Below are positions 33,598 to 46,262 of a DNA stretch of 64,000 bases, in pieces; positions within the stretch are counted from its first letter, which is position 1, and each line of letters starts with the position of its first letter. The stretch lies in NCBI RefSeq assembly GCF_003018255.1, contig NZ_CP027440.1. One strand, written 5' to 3'. The notes beneath the pieces are model-generated. The model saw only the letters and a program-made list of their open reading frames with translations. It made no database searches and was not told the DNA's origin. The position numbers and the translations under genes are program-made. This DNA comes from Escherichia coli (GTDB lineage: Bacteria > Pseudomonadota > Gammaproteobacteria > Enterobacterales > Enterobacteriaceae).

Positions 33598-34950
33598 ATG
33601 TTGAAATCCCCCCTGTTCTGGAAAATGACCACCTTGTTTGGTGCAGTATTGCTGTTGTTGATTCCGATAATGCTGATTCGGCAGGTGATTGTCGAACGTG
33701 CCGATTACCGTAGCGATGTGGAAGATGTGATTCGCCAAAGTACCAGCGGGCCGCAAAAACTCGTTGGGCCGCTCATCGCTATTCCTGTGACCGAGCTTTA
33801 TACGGTGCAGGAAGACGATAAAACCGTGGAGCGGAAACGAAGTTTTATTCATTTTTGGTTACCTGAGTCATTGATGGTTGATGGCAATCAGAACGTGGAA
33901 GAACGCAAGATAGGCATCTATACCGGTCAGGTCTGGCACAGTGATTTAACGCTAAAAGCCGATTTCGATGTTTCGCGTCTTAGCGAACTCGACGCGCCAA
34001 ATATCACCTTAGGCAAGCCATTTATTGTGATTAGCGTCGGGGATGCGCGTGGTATTGGTGTGGTGAAAGCGCCTGAAGTTAACGGTACGGCGCTGACCAT
34101 TGAACCCGGCACCGGGTTAGAGCAAGGCGGGCAGGGCGTGCATATCCCTTTACCCGAAGGGGACTGGCGCAAGCAGAACCTGAAGCTGAATGTGGCGCTG
34201 AATTTAAGCGGTACCGGCGATCTTTCTGTGGTGCCTGGCGGGCGTAATAGCGAAATGACCTTAACCAGCAACTGGCCGCATCCCAGTTTTTTAGGTGATT
34301 TTCTACCAGCCAAACGGGAAGTTAGCGAGTCAGGTTTTCAGGCGCAATGGCAAAGTAGTTGGTTTGCTAATAATCTCGGTGAGCGTTTTGCTTCAGGCAA
34401 TGATACCGGCTGGGAAAACTTCCCCGCGTTTAGCGTCGCAGTGACGACGCCAGCCGATCAATACCAATTAACGGACCGGGCGACTAAGTACGCCATTCTG
34501 CTGATTGCGCTGACTTTTATGGCATTCTTTGTTTTTGAAACGCTCACCGCGCAACGTTTACACCCAATGCAATATTTGCTGGTGGGGCTGTCATTGGTGA
34601 TGTTTTATTTGCTCTTGCTGGCGCTTTCTGAACATACCGGTTTTACTGTGGCATGGATAATCGCCAGTCTGATTGGGGCGTTAATGAACGGTATTTATTT
34701 GCAGGCGGTATTGAAAGGCTGGCGTAATAGCATGTTGTTTACCCTCGCGCTGTTGTTGCTGGATGGTGTGATGTGGGGACTGCTCAACTCTGCCGATAGC
34801 GCGCTGTTGTTGGGAACCAGTGTGCTGGTGGTGGCGCTGGCCGGCATGATGTTTGTGACCCGTAATATCGACTGGTATGCGTTTTCACTGCCGAAAATGA
34901 AAGCCAGTAAAGAAGTTACAACGGACGATGAATTACGTATCTGGAAATAA
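33598..34950 (+). CDS. creD: Inner membrane protein CreD
   Basis: 450-aa ORF, multi-pass membrane protein; synteny. Confidence 0.88.
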   Translation: MLKSPLFWKMTTLFGAVLLLLIPIMLIRQVIVERADYRSDVEDVIRQSTSGPQKLVGPLIAIPVTELYTVQEDDKTVERKRSFIHFWLPESLMVDGNQNVEERKIGIYTGQVWHSDLTLKADFDVSRLSELDAPNITLGKPFIVISVGDARGIGVVKAPEVNGTALTIEPGTGLEQGGQGVHIPLPEGDWRKQNLKLNVALNLSGTGDLSVVPGGRNSEMTLTSNWPHPSFLGDFLPAKREVSESGFQAQWQSSWFANNLGERFASGNDTGWENFPAFSVAVTTPADQYQLTDRATKYAILLIALTFMAFFVFETLTAQRLHPMQYLLVGLSLVMFYLLLLALSEHTGFTVAWIIASLIGALMNGIYLQAVLKGWRNSMLFTLALLLLDGVMWGLLNSADSALLLGTSVLVVALAGMMFVTRNIDWYAFSLPKMKASKEVTTDDELRIWK

Positions 34951-34963
34951 GGTTGAAAAATAA

Positions 34964-34991
34964 AAACGGCGCTAAAAAGCGCCGTTTTTTT
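34964..34991. terminator. Bidirectional rho-independent terminator between creD and arcA
   Basis: aaaaacggcgctaaaaagcgccgttttttt: hairpin flanked by A-run and T-run. Confidence 0.8.
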
Positions 34992-35008
34992 GACGGTGGT
35001 AAAGCCGA

Positions 35009-35725
35009 TTAATCTTCCAGATCACCGCAGAAGCGATAACCTTCACCGTGAATGGTGGCGATGATTTCCGGCGTATCCGGCGTAGATTCGAAATGTTTAC
35101 GAATACGGCGGATCGTCACGTCTACAGTACGGTCGTGCGGTTTCAGCTCACGGCCGGTCATTTTCTTCAGCAGTTCAGCACGGGACTGAATTTTGCCTGG
35201 GTTTTCACAGAAGTGAAGCATGGCGCGGAACTCACTGCGCGGCAGCTTGTACTGCTCGCCATCAGGGCCGATCAAAGAACGGCTGTTGATGTCCAGTTCC
35301 CAACCATTGAACTTGTAGCTTTCAACGCTACGACGTTCTTCGCTGACAGTACCCAGATTCATGGTACGGGACAGCAGGTTGCGTGCACGAATAGTCAGTT
35401 CACGCGGGTTGAACGGTTTGGTGATGTAGTCATCTGCACCGATTTCGAGGCCGAGAATTTTATCGACTTCGTTGTCACGGCCAGTCAGGAACATCAACGC
35501 AACATTCGCCTGCTCGCGCAGTTCACGCGCTAACAGAAGACCGTTTTTACCCGGCAGATTGATATCCATGATCACCAGGTTGATGTCATATTCAGAGAGG
35601 ATCTGATGCATTTCCGCGCCATCTGTCGCTTCGAAAACATCATAGCCTTCCGCTTCGAAAATACTTTTCAACGTGTTGCGTGTTACCAACTCGTCTTCAA
35701 CGATAAGAATGTGCGGGGTCTGCAT
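35009..35725 (-). CDS. arcA: Aerobic respiration control response regulator ArcA
   Basis: 238-aa ORF ([28 protein letters not shown]...), OmpR-family. Confidence 0.95.
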
Positions 35726-35820
35726 GTTTGCTACCTAAATTGCCAACTAAATCGAAACAGGAAGTACAAAAGTCCCTGACCTGCCTGATGCATGCTGCAA
35801 ATTAACATGATCGGCGTAAC

Positions 35821-35961
35821 ATGACTAAAGTACGTAATTGCGTTCTTGATGCACTTTCCATCAACGTCAACAACATCATTAGCTTGGTCGTGGGTACTTT
35901 CCCTCAGGACCCGACAGTGTCAAAAACGGCTGTCATCCTAACCATTTTAACAGCAACATAA
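35821..35961 (+). CDS. yjjY: Small protein YjjY
   Basis: 46-aa ORF (MTKVRNCVLDALSINVNNIISLVVGTFPQDPTVSKTAVILTILTAT) at the expected position upstream of arcA. Confidence 0.45.
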   Translation: MTKVRNCVLDALSINVNNIISLVVGTFPQDPTVSKTAVILTILTAT

Positions 35962-36360
35962 CAGGCTAAGAGGGGCCGGACACCCAATAAAACTACGCTT
36001 CGTTGACATATATCAAGTTCAATTGTAGCACGTTAACAGTTTGATGAAATCATCGTATCTAAATGCTAGCTTCCGTCACATTATTTTAATAATCCAACTA
36101 GTTGCATCATACAACTAATAAACGTGGTGAATCCAATTGTCGAGATTTATTTTTTATAAAATTATCCTAAGTAAACAGAAGGATATATAGCATTTTTTAA
36201 CAATTCAACCGTTAGTACAGTCAGGAAATAGTTTAGCCTTTTTTAAGCTAAGTAAAGGGCTTTTTCTGCGACTTACGTTAAGAGTTTGTAAATTTGCACC
36301 GCGTAATAAGTTGACAGTGATCACCCGGTTCGCGGTTATTTGATCAAGAAGAGTGGCAAT

Positions 36361-37047
36361 ATGCGTATAACGATTATTCTGGTCGCACCCGCCAGAGCAG
36401 AAAATATTGGGGCAGCGGCGCGGGCAATGAAAACGATGGGGTTTAGCGAGCTGCGGATTGTCGATAGTCAGGCACACCTGGAGCCAGCCACCCGCTGGGT
36501 CGCACATGGATCTGGTGATATTATTGATAATATTAAAGTTTTCCCGACACTGGCTGAATCGTTACACGATGTCGATTTCACTGTCGCCACCACTGCGCGC
36601 AGTCGGGCGAAATATCATTACTACGCCACGCCAGTAGAACTGGTGCCGCTGTTAGAGGAAAAATCTTCATGGATGAGCCATGCCGCGCTGGTGTTTGGTC
36701 GCGAAGATTCCGGGCTGACTAACGAAGAGTTAGCGTTGGCTGACGTTCTTACTGGTGTGCCGATGGTGGCGGATTATCCTTCGCTCAATCTGGGGCAGGC
36801 GGTGATGGTCTATTGCTATCAATTAGCAACATTAATACAACAACCGGCGAAAAGTGACACAACGGCAGACCAACATCAACTGCAAGCTTTACGCGAACGA
36901 GCCATGGCACTGCTGACGACTCTGGCAGTGGCAGATGACATAAAACTGGTCGACTGGTTACAACAACGCCTGGGGCTTTTAGAGCAACGAGACACGGCAA
37001 TGTTGCACCGTTTGCTGCATGATATTGAAAAAAATATCACCAAATAA
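36361..37047 (+). CDS. yjtD: SpoU/TrmH-family RNA methyltransferase YjtD (LasT)
   Basis: 228-aa product from MRITIILVAPARAENIGAAARAMKTMGF; SPOUT fold motifs. Confidence 0.85.
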   Translation: MRITIILVAPARAENIGAAARAMKTMGFSELRIVDSQAHLEPATRWVAHGSGDIIDNIKVFPTLAESLHDVDFTVATTARSRAKYHYYATPVELVPLLEEKSSWMSHAALVFGREDSGLTNEELALADVLTGVPMVADYPSLNLGQAVMVYCYQLATLIQQPAKSDTTADQHQLQALRERAMALLTTLAVADDIKLVDWLQQRLGLLEQRDTAMLHRLLHDIEKNITK

Positions 37048-37257
37048 AAAACGCCTTAGTAAGTATTTTTCAGCTTTTCATTCTGACTGCAACGGGCAAT
37101 ATGTCTCTGTGTGGATTAAAAAAAGAGTGTCTGATAGCAGCTTCTGAAATGGTTACCTGCCGTGAGTAAATTAAAATTTTATTGACTTAGGTCACTAAAT
37201 ACTTTAACCAATATAGGCATAGCGCACAGACAGATAAAAATTACAGAGTACACAACA

Positions 37258-37326
<69 letters not shown>

Positions 37327-37337
37327 CGCGTACAGGA

Positions 37338-37380
37338 AACACAGAAAAAAGCCCGCACCTGACAGTGCGGGCTTTTTTTT
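37338..37380 (+). terminator. thr attenuator (leader terminator)
   Basis: aaaagcccgcacctgacagtgcgggc hairpin followed by tttttttt, between thrL and thrA. Confidence 0.85.
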
Positions 37381-37406
37381 CGACCAAAGGTAACGAGGTA
37401 ACAACC

Positions 37407-39869
37407 ATGCGAGTGTTGAAGTTCGGCGGTACATCAGTGGCAAATGCAGAACGTTTTCTGCGGGTTGCCGATATTCTGGAAAGCAATGCCAGGCAGGGGC
37501 AGGTGGCCACCGTCCTCTCTGCCCCCGCCAAAATCACCAACCACCTGGTGGCGATGATTGAAAAAACCATTAGCTGCCAGGATGCTTTACCCAATATCAG
37601 CGATGCCGAACGTATTTTTGCCGAACTTTTGACGGGACTCGCCGCCGCCCAGCCGGGGTTCCCGCTGGCGCAATTGAAAACTTTCGTCGATCAGGAATTT
37701 GCCCAAATAAAACATGTCCTGCATGGCATTAGTTTGTTGGGGCAGTGCCCGGATAGCATCAACGCTGCGCTGATTTGCCGTGGCGAGAAAATGTCGATCG
37801 CCATTATGGCCGGCGTATTAGAAGCGCGCGGTCACAACGTTACCGTTATCGATCCGGTCGAAAAACTGCTGGCAGTGGGGCATTACCTCGAATCTACCGT
37901 CGATATTGCTGAGTCCACCCGCCGTATTGCGGCAAGTCGTATTCCGGCTGATCACATGGTGTTGATGGCAGGTTTCACCGCCGGTAATGAAAAAGGCGAA
38001 CTGGTGGTGCTTGGACGTAACGGTTCCGACTACTCCGCGGCGGTGCTGGCTGCCTGTTTACGCGCCGATTGTTGCGAGATTTGGACGGACGTTGACGGGG
38101 TCTATACCTGCGACCCGCGTCAGGTGCCCGATGCGAGGTTGTTGAAGTCGATGTCCTACCAGGAAGCGATGGAGCTTTCCTACTTCGGCGCTAAAGTTCT
38201 TCACCCCCGCACAATTACCCCCATCGCCCAGTTCCAGATCCCTTGCCTGATTAAAAATACCGGAAATCCTCAAGCACCAGGTACGCTCATTGGTGCCAGC
38301 CGTGATGAAGACGAATTACCGGTCAAGGGCATTTCCAATCTGAATAACATGGCAATGTTCAGCGTTTCTGGTCCGGGGATGAAAGGGATGGTCGGCATGG
38401 CGGCGCGCGTCTTTGCAGCGATGTCACGCGCCCGTATTTCCGTGGTGCTGATTACGCAATCATCTTCCGAATACAGTATCAGTTTCTGCGTTCCACAAAG
38501 CGACTGTGTGCGAGCTGAACGGGCAATGCAGGAAGAGTTCTACCTGGAACTGAAAGAAGGCTTACTGGAGCCGCTGGCGGTGACGGAACGGCTGGCCATT
38601 ATCTCGGTGGTAGGTGATGGTATGCGCACCTTGCGTGGGATCTCGGCGAAATTCTTTGCCGCGCTGGCCCGCGCCAATATCAACATTGTCGCCATTGCTC
38701 AGGGATCTTCTGAACGCTCAATCTCTGTCGTGGTAAATAACGATGATGCGACCACTGGCGTGCGCGTTACTCATCAGATGCTGTTCAATACCGATCAGGT
38801 TATCGAAGTGTTTGTGATTGGCGTCGGTGGCGTTGGCGGTGCGCTGCTGGAGCAACTGAAGCGTCAGCAAAGCTGGTTGAAGAATAAACATATCGACTTA
38901 CGTGTCTGCGGCGTTGCCAACTCGAAGGCTCTGCTCACCAATGTACATGGCCTTAATCTGGAAAACTGGCAGGAAGAACTGGCGCAAGCCAAAGAGCCGT
39001 TTAATCTCGGGCGCTTAATTCGCCTCGTGAAAGAATATCATCTGCTGAACCCGGTCATTGTTGACTGCACCTCCAGCCAGGCAGTGGCGGATCAATATGC
39101 CGACTTCCTGCGCGAAGGTTTCCACGTCGTCACGCCGAACAAAAAGGCTAACACCTCGTCGATGGATTACTACCATCTGTTGCGTCATGCGGCGGAAAAA
39201 TCGCGGCGTAAATTCCTCTATGACACCAACGTTGGGGCTGGATTACCGGTTATTGAGAACCTGCAAAATCTGCTCAATGCAGGTGATGAATTGATGAAGT
39301 TCTCCGGCATTCTTTCTGGTTCGCTTTCTTATATCTTCGGCAAGTTAGACGAAGGCATGAGTTTCTCCGAGGCGACCACGTTGGCGCGGGAAATGGGTTA
39401 TACCGAACCGGATCCGCGAGATGATCTTTCTGGTATGGATGTGGCGCGTAAACTATTGATTCTCGCTCGTGAAACGGGACGTGAACTGGAGCTGGCGGAT
39501 ATTGAAATTGAACCTGTGCTACCCGCTGAGTTTAACGCCGAGGGTGATGTTGCCGCTTTTATGGCGAATCTGTCACAGCTCGATGATCTCTTTGCCGCTC
39601 GTGTGGCGAAGGCCCGTGATGAAGGAAAAGTTTTGCGCTATGTTGGCAATATTGATGAAGATGGCGTCTGCCGCGTGAAGATTGCTGAAGTGGATGGCAA
39701 CGATCCGCTGTTCAAAGTGAAAAACGGCGAAAACGCCCTGGCCTTCTATAGCCACTATTATCAGCCGCTGCCGTTGGTGCTGCGCGGATATGGTGCGGGC
39801 AATGACGTTACAGCTGCCGGTGTCTTTGCCGATCTGCTACGTACCCTCTCATGGAAGTTAGGAGTCTGA
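37407..39869 (+). CDS. thrA: Bifunctional aspartokinase I / homoserine dehydrogenase I
   Basis: 820-aa product from [17 protein letters not shown]; track ORF extends 14 codons upstream. Confidence 0.95.
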
Positions 39870-39870
39870 C

Positions 39871-40803
39871 ATGGTTAAAGTTTATGCCCCGGCTTCCAGT
39901 GCCAATATGAGCGTCGGGTTCGATGTGCTCGGGGCGGCGGTGACACCCGTTGATGGTGCATTGCTCGGAGATGTAGTCACGGTTGAGGCGGCAGAGACAT
40001 TCAGTCTCAATAACCTCGGACGCTTTGCCGATAAGCTGCCGTCAGAACCTCGGGAAAATATCGTTTATCAGTGTTGGGAGCGTTTTTGCCAGGAGCTGGG
40101 TAAGCAAATTCCAGTGGCGATGACCCTGGAAAAGAATATGCCGATCGGCTCGGGCTTAGGCTCCAGCGCCTGCTCAGTGGTCGCGGCGCTGATGGCGATG
40201 AATGAACACTGCGGCAAGCCGCTTAATGACACCCGTTTGCTGGCTTTGATGGGCGAGCTGGAAGGGCGTATCTCCGGCAGCATTCATTACGACAACGTGG
40301 CACCGTGTTTTCTCGGTGGTATGCAGTTGATGATCGAAGAAAACGACATCATCAGCCAGCAAGTGCCAGGGTTTGATGAGTGGCTGTGGGTGCTGGCGTA
40401 TCCGGGGATTAAAGTCTCGACGGCAGAAGCCAGGGCTATTTTACCGGCGCAGTATCGCCGCCAGGATTGCATTGCGCACGGGCGACATCTGGCAGGCTTT
40501 ATTCACGCCTGCTATTCCCGTCAGCCTGAGCTTGCCGCGAAGCTGATGAAAGATGTTATCGCTGAACCCTACCGTGAACGGTTACTGCCAGGCTTCCGGC
40601 AGGCGCGGCAGGCGGTCGCGGAAATCGGCGCGGTAGCGAGCGGTATCTCCGGCTCCGGCCCGACTTTGTTCGCTCTGTGTGACAAGCCGGATACCGCCCA
40701 GCGCGTTGCCGACTGGTTGGGTAAGAACTACCTGCAAAATCAGGAAGGTTTTGTTCATATTTGCCGGCTGGATACGGCGGGCGCACGAGTACTGGAAAAC
40801 TAA
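39871..40803 (+). CDS. thrB: Homoserine kinase
   Basis: 310-aa ORF, GHMP kinase motif [10 protein letters not shown]. Confidence 0.95.
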
Positions 40804-42090
40804 ATGAAACTCTACAATCTGAAAGATCACAATGAGCAGGTCAGCTTTGCGCAAGCCGTAACCCAGGGGTTGGGCAAAAATCAGGGGCTGTTTTTCCCGC
40901 ACGACCTGCCGGAATTCAGCCTGACTGAAATTGATGAGATGCTGAAGCTGGATTTTGTCACCCGCAGTGCGAAGATCCTCTCGGCGTTTATTGGTGATGA
41001 AATCCCGCAGGAAATCCTGGAAGAGCGCGTACGCGCGGCGTTTGTCTTCCCGGCTCCGGTCGCCAATGTTGAAAGCGATGTCGGTTGTCTGGAATTGTTC
41101 CACGGGCCAACGCTGGCATTTAAAGATTTCGGCGGTCGCTTTATGGCACAAATGCTGACCCATATTGCGGGCGATAAGCCAGTGACCATTCTGACCGCGA
41201 CCTCCGGTGATACCGGAGCGGCAGTGGCTCATGCTTTCTACGGTTTGCCGAATGTGAAAGTGGTTATCCTCTATCCACGAGGCAAAATCAGTCCACTGCA
41301 AGAAAAACTGTTCTGTACATTGGGCGGCAATATTGAAACTGTTGCCATCGACGGCGATTTCGATGCCTGTCAGGCGCTGGTGAAGCAGGCGTTTGATGAT
41401 GAAGAACTGAAAGTGGCGCTGGGGCTAAACTCAGCTAACTCGATTAACATCAGCCGTTTGCTGGCGCAGATTTGCTACTACTTTGAAGCTGTTGCGCAGC
41501 TGCCGCAGGAGGCGCGCAACCAGCTGGTTGTCTCGGTGCCAAGCGGAAACTTCGGCGATTTGACGGCGGGTCTGCTGGCGAAGTCACTCGGTCTGCCGGT
41601 GAAACGTTTTATTGCTGCGACCAACGTGAACGATACCGTGCCACGTTTCCTGCACGACGGTCAGTGGTCACCCAAAGCGACTCAGGCGACGTTATCCAAC
41701 GCGATGGACGTGAGTCAGCCGAACAACTGGCCGCGTGTGGAAGAGTTGTTCCGCCGCAAAATCTGGCAACTGAAAGAGCTGGGTTATGCAGCCGTGGATG
41801 ATGAAACCACGCAACAGACAATGCGTGAGTTAAAAGAACTGGGCTACACTTCGGAGCCGCACGCTGCCGTAGCGTATCGTGCACTGCGTGACCAGTTGCA
41901 TCCAGGCGAATATGGCTTGTTCCTCGGCACCGCGCATCCGGCGAAATTTAAAGAGAGCGTGGAAGCGATTCTCGGTGAAACGTTGGATCTGCCAAAAGAG
42001 CTGGCAGAACGTGCCGATTTACCCTTGCTTTCACATAATCTGCCCGCCGATTTTGCTGCGTTGCGTAAATTGATGATGAATCATCAGTAA
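40804..42090 (+). CDS. thrC: Threonine synthase
   Basis: 428-aa ORF, PLP-lysine motif region TLAFKDFG. Confidence 0.95.
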   Translation: MKLYNLKDHNEQVSFAQAVTQGLGKNQGLFFPHDLPEFSLTEIDEMLKLDFVTRSAKILSAFIGDEIPQEILEERVRAAFVFPAPVANVESDVGCLELFHGPTLAFKDFGGRFMAQMLTHIAGDKPVTILTATSGDTGAAVAHAFYGLPNVKVVILYPRGKISPLQEKLFCTLGGNIETVAIDGDFDACQALVKQAFDDEELKVALGLNSANSINISRLLAQICYYFEAVAQLPQEARNQLVVSVPSGNFGDLTAGLLAKSLGLPVKRFIAATNVNDTVPRFLHDGQWSPKATQATLSNAMDVSQPNNWPRVEELFRRKIWQLKELGYAAVDDETTQQTMRELKELGYTSEPHAAVAYRALRDQLHPGEYGLFLGTAHPAKFKESVEAILGETLDLPKELAERADLPLLSHNLPADFAALRKLMMNHQ

Positions 42091-42111
42091 TATCTATTCA
42101 TTATCTCAATC

Positions 42112-42146
42112 AGGCCGGGTTTGCTTTTATGCAGCCCGGCTTTTTT
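42112..42146 (+). terminator. thr operon terminator
   Basis: aggccgggtttgcttttatgcagcccggc hairpin followed by tttttt. Confidence 0.75.
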
Positions 42147-42303
42147 ATGAAGAAATTATGGAGAAAAACGACAGGGAAAAAGGAGAAATGCTCAATAAAT
42201 GCGGTAACTTAGAGATTAGGATTGCGGAGAATAACAACTGCCGTTCTCATCGCGTAATCTCCGGATATCGACCCATAACGGGCAATGATAAAAGGAGTAA
42301 CCT

Positions 42304-42600
42304 GTGAAAAAGATGCAATCTATCGTACTCGCACTTTCCCTGGTTCTGGTCGCTCCCATGGCTGCGCAGGCTGCGGAAATGACGTTAGTCCCGTCAGTAA
42401 AATTACAGATAGGCGATCGTGATAATCGTGGCTATTACTGGGATGGCGGTCACTGGCGCGACCACGGCTGGTGGAAACAACATTATGAATGGCGAGGCAA
42501 TCGCTGGCACCCATATGGACCGCCGCCATCGCCGCGCCATAACAAGCACAATGATCATCGTGGCGATCATCGTCCGGGGCCTGACAAACATCATCGCTAA
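42304..42600 (+). CDS. yaaX: DUF2502 periplasmic protein YaaX (His/Arg/Trp-rich)
   Basis: 98-aa ORF with signal peptide and RBS aaaggag; low-complexity [14 protein letters not shown] tail. Confidence 0.7.
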   Translation: MKKMQSIVLALSLVLVAPMAAQAAEMTLVPSVKLQIGDRDNRGYYWDGGHWRDHGWWKQHYEWRGNRWHPYGPPPSPRHNKHNDHRGDHRPGPDKHHR

Positions 42601-42639
42601 ATATCAATGCCGGATTGCCATCCGGCATTGACTGCAAAC

Positions 42640-43416
42640 TTAACGCTGCTCGTAGCGTTTAAACACCAGTTCGCCGTTGCTGGAGGAAGCTTCATCAAAG
42701 AAGTAACCTTCGCTATTAAAACCAGTCAGTTGCTCTGGTTTGGTCAGCCGATTTTCAATAATGAAACGACTCATCAGACCGCGTGCTTTCTTAGCGTAGA
42801 AGCTGATGATCTTAAATTTGCCGTTCTTCTCATCGAGGAACACCGGCTTGATAATCTCGGCATTCAATTTCTTCGGCTTCACCGATTTAAAATACTCATC
42901 TGACGCCAGATTAATCACCACATTATCGCCTTGTGCTGCGAGCGCCTCGTTCAGCTTGTTGGTGATGATATCTCCCCAGAATTGATACAGATCTTTCCCT
43001 CGGGCATTCTCAAGACGGATCCCCATTTCCAGACGATAAGGCTGCATTAAATCGAGCGGGCGCAGTACGCCATACAAGCCGGAAAGCATTCGCAAATGCT
43101 GTTGGGCAAAATCGAAATCGTCTTCGCTGAAGGTTTCGGCCTGCAAGCCGGTGTAGACATCACCTTTGAATGCCAGAATCGCCTGGCGGGCATTCTCCGG
43201 CGTGAAATCTGGCTGCCAGTCATGAAAGCGAGCGGCGTTGATACCCGCCAGTTTGTCGCTGATGCGCATCAGCGTGCTAATCTGCGGAGGCGTCAGTTTC
43301 CGCGCTTCATGGATCAACTGCTGGGAATTGTCTAACAGCTCCGGCAGCGTATAGCGCGTGGTGGGCAACGGGCTTTGGTAATCGAGCGTTTTCGCAGGTG
43401 AAATAAGAATCAGCAT
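42640..43416 (-). CDS. yaaA: Peroxide stress protein YaaA (DUF328)
   Basis: 258-aa ORF ([17 protein letters not shown]...), expected length. Confidence 0.88.
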   Translation of the reverse strand: MLILISPAKTLDYQSPLPTTRYTLPELLDNSQQLIHEARKLTPPQISTLMRISDKLAGINAARFHDWQPDFTPENARQAILAFKGDVYTGLQAETFSEDDFDFAQQHLRMLSGLYGVLRPLDLMQPYRLEMGIRLENARGKDLYQFWGDIITNKLNEALAAQGDNVVINLASDEYFKSVKPKKLNAEIIKPVFLDEKNGKFKIISFYAKKARGLMSRFIIENRLTKPEQLTGFNSEGYFFDEASSSNGELVFKRYEQR

Positions 43417-43485
43417 ATCCAGTCCTTGCAGGAAATTTATGCCGACTTTAGCAAAAAAAGAGAATGAGTTGATCGATAGTTGTGA

Positions 43486-44916
43486 TTACTCCTGCGAAAC
43501 ATCATCCCACGCGTCCGGAGAAAGCTGGCGACCGATATCCGGATAACGCAACGGATCAAACACCGGGCGCACGCCGAGTTTACGCTGGCGTAGATAATCA
43601 CTGGCAATGGTATGAACCACAGGCGAGAGCAGTAATATGGCGGTCAAATTGGTAATAGCCATGCAGGCCATTATGATATCTGCCAGTTGCCACATCAGCG
43701 GAAGACTTAGCAAGGTGCCGCCGATGACCGTTGCGAAGGTGCAGATCCGCAGACACCAGATCGCTTTAGGGTTGTTCAGGCGTAAGAAGAAGAGATTGTT
43801 TTCGGCATAAATGTAGTTGGCAACGATGGAGCTGAAGGCAAACAGAATAACCACGAGGGTAACAAACTCAGCACCCCAGGAACCCATGAGTACCCGCATC
43901 GCCTTCTGGATAAGCTGAATACCTTCCAGCGGCATGTAGGTTGTGCCGTTACCCGCCAGTAATATCAGCATGGCGCTTGCCGTACAGATGACCAGGGTGT
44001 CGATAAAAATGCCAATCATCTGGACAATTCCTTGCGCTGCGGGATGCGGAGGCCAGGACGCAGCCGCCGCTGCCGCGTTTGGCGTCGACCCCATTCCCGC
44101 CTCATTGGAAAACATACTGCGCTGAAAACCGTTAGTAATCGCCTGGCTTAAGGTATATCCCGCCGCGCCGCCTGCCGCTTCCTGCCAGCCAAAAGCACTC
44201 TCAAAAATAGACCAAATGACGTGGGGAAGTTGCCCGATATTCATTACGCATATTACCAGGCTGGTCAGTACCCAGATTATCGCCATCAACGGGACAAACC
44301 CCTGCATGAGCCGGGCGACGCCATGAAGACCGCGAGTGATTGCCAGCAGAGCAAAGACAGCAAGAATAATGCCTGTCACCAGCGGGGGAAAATCAAAAGA
44401 AAAACTCAGGGCTCGGGCAACGGCGTTCGCCTGAACTCCGCTGAAAATTATGCCGTAGGCGATGAGCAAAAAGAGGGCGAACAGAACGCCCATCCAGCGC
44501 ATCCCCAGCCCGCGCGCCATATACCATGCCGGTCCGCCACGAAACTGCCCATTAACGTCACGTTCTTTATAAAGTTGTGCAAGGGAACATTCGGCAAACG
44601 AGGTCGCCATGCCGATAAACGCGGCAACCCACATCCAGAAGACGGCACCTGGTCCACCGGTGGTAATAGCCAGCGCAACGCCAGCCAGGTTGCCGCTACC
44701 CACGCGCGCCGCAAGACTGGTACACAATGACTGAAATGAGGTTAAACCGCCTGGCTGTGGATGAATGCTATTTTTAAGACTTTTGCCAAACTGGCGGATG
44801 TAGCGAAACTGCACAAATCCGGTGCGAAAAGTGAACCAACAACCTGCGCCGAAGAGCAGGTAAATCATTACCGATCCCCAAAGGACGCTGTTAATAAAGG
44901 AGAAAAAATCTGGCAT
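43486..44916 (-). CDS. yaaJ: Alanine/glycine:cation symporter family transporter YaaJ
   Basis: 476-aa polytopic membrane ORF; synteny. Confidence 0.88.
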   Translation of the reverse strand: MPDFFSFINSVLWGSVMIYLLFGAGCWFTFRTGFVQFRYIRQFGKSLKNSIHPQPGGLTSFQSLCTSLAARVGSGNLAGVALAITTGGPGAVFWMWVAAFIGMATSFAECSLAQLYKERDVNGQFRGGPAWYMARGLGMRWMGVLFALFLLIAYGIIFSGVQANAVARALSFSFDFPPLVTGIILAVFALLAITRGLHGVARLMQGFVPLMAIIWVLTSLVICVMNIGQLPHVIWSIFESAFGWQEAAGGAAGYTLSQAITNGFQRSMFSNEAGMGSTPNAAAAAASWPPHPAAQGIVQMIGIFIDTLVICTASAMLILLAGNGTTYMPLEGIQLIQKAMRVLMGSWGAEFVTLVVILFAFSSIVANYIYAENNLFFLRLNNPKAIWCLRICTFATVIGGTLLSLPLMWQLADIIMACMAITNLTAILLLSPVVHTIASDYLRQRKLGVRPVFDPLRYPDIGRQLSPDAWDDVSQE

Positions 44917-45194
44917 GCATATCCCTCTTATTGCCGGTCGCGATGACTTTCCTGTGTAAACGTTACCAATTGTTTAAGAAGTATATACGCTACGAGGTAC
45001 TTGATAACTTCTGCGTAGCATACATGAGGTTTTGTATAAAAATGGCGGGCGATATCAACGCAGTGTCAGAAATCCGAAACAGTCTCGCCTGGCGATAACC
45101 GTCTTGTCGGCGGTTGCGCTGACGTTGCGTCGTGATATCATCAGGGCAGACCGGTTACATCCCCCTAACAAGCTGTTTAAAGAGAAATACTATC

Positions 45195-46148
45195 ATGACG
45201 GACAAATTGACCTCCCTTCGTCAGTACACCACCGTAGTGGCCGACACTGGGGACATCGCGGCAATGAAGCTGTATCAACCGCAGGATGCCACAACCAACC
45301 CTTCTCTCATTCTTAACGCAGCGCAGATTCCGGAATACCGTAAGTTGATTGATGATGCTGTCGCCTGGGCGAAACAGCAGAGCAACGATCGCGCGCAGCA
45401 GATCGTGGACGCGACCGACAAACTGGCAGTAAATATTGGTCTGGAAATCCTGAAACTGGTTCCGGGCCGTATCTCAACTGAAGTTGATGCGCGTCTTTCC
45501 TATGACACCGAAGCGTCAATTGCGAAAGCAAAACGCCTGATCAAACTCTACAACGATGCAGGGATTAGCAACGATCGTATTCTGATCAAACTGGCTTCTA
45601 CCTGGCAGGGTATCCGTGCTGCAGAACAGCTGGAAAAAGAAGGTATTAACTGTAACCTGACCCTGCTGTTCTCCTTCGCTCAGGCTCGTGCTTGTGCGGA
45701 AGCGGGCGTGTTCCTGATCTCGCCGTTTGTTGGCCGTATTCTTGACTGGTACAAAGCGAATACCGACAAGAAAGAGTACGCTCCGGCAGAAGATCCGGGC
45801 GTGGTTTCTGTATCTGAAATCTACCAGTACTACAAAGAGCACGGTTATGAAACCGTGGTGATGGGCGCAAGCTTCCGTAACATCGGCGAAATTCTGGAAC
45901 TGGCAGGCTGCGACCGTCTGACCATCGCACCGGCGCTGCTGAAAGAGCTGGCTGAGAGCGAAGGGGCTATCGAACGTAAACTGTCTTACACCGGCGAAGT
46001 GAAAGCGCGTCCGGCGCGTATCACTGAGTCCGAGTTCCTGTGGCAGCATAACCAGGATCCAATGGCAGTAGATAAACTGGCGGAAGGTATCCGTAAGTTT
46101 GCTGTTGACCAGGAAAAACTGGAAAAAATGATCGGCGATCTGCTGTAA
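45195..46148 (+). CDS. talB: Transaldolase B
   Basis: 317-aa product from [21 protein letters not shown]. Confidence 0.95.
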
Positions 46149-46155
46149 TCATTCT

Positions 46156-46190
46156 TAGCGTGACCGGGAAGTCGGTCACGCTACCTTTTC
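46156..46190 (+). terminator. Putative terminator after talB
   Basis: agcgtgaccgggaagtcggtcacgct hairpin followed by a T-rich tract. Confidence 0.6.
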
Positions 46191-46262
46191 TGAAGCCTGT
46201 CTGTCACTCCCTTCGCAGTGTATCATTCTGTTTAACGAGACTGTTTAAACGGAAAAATCTTG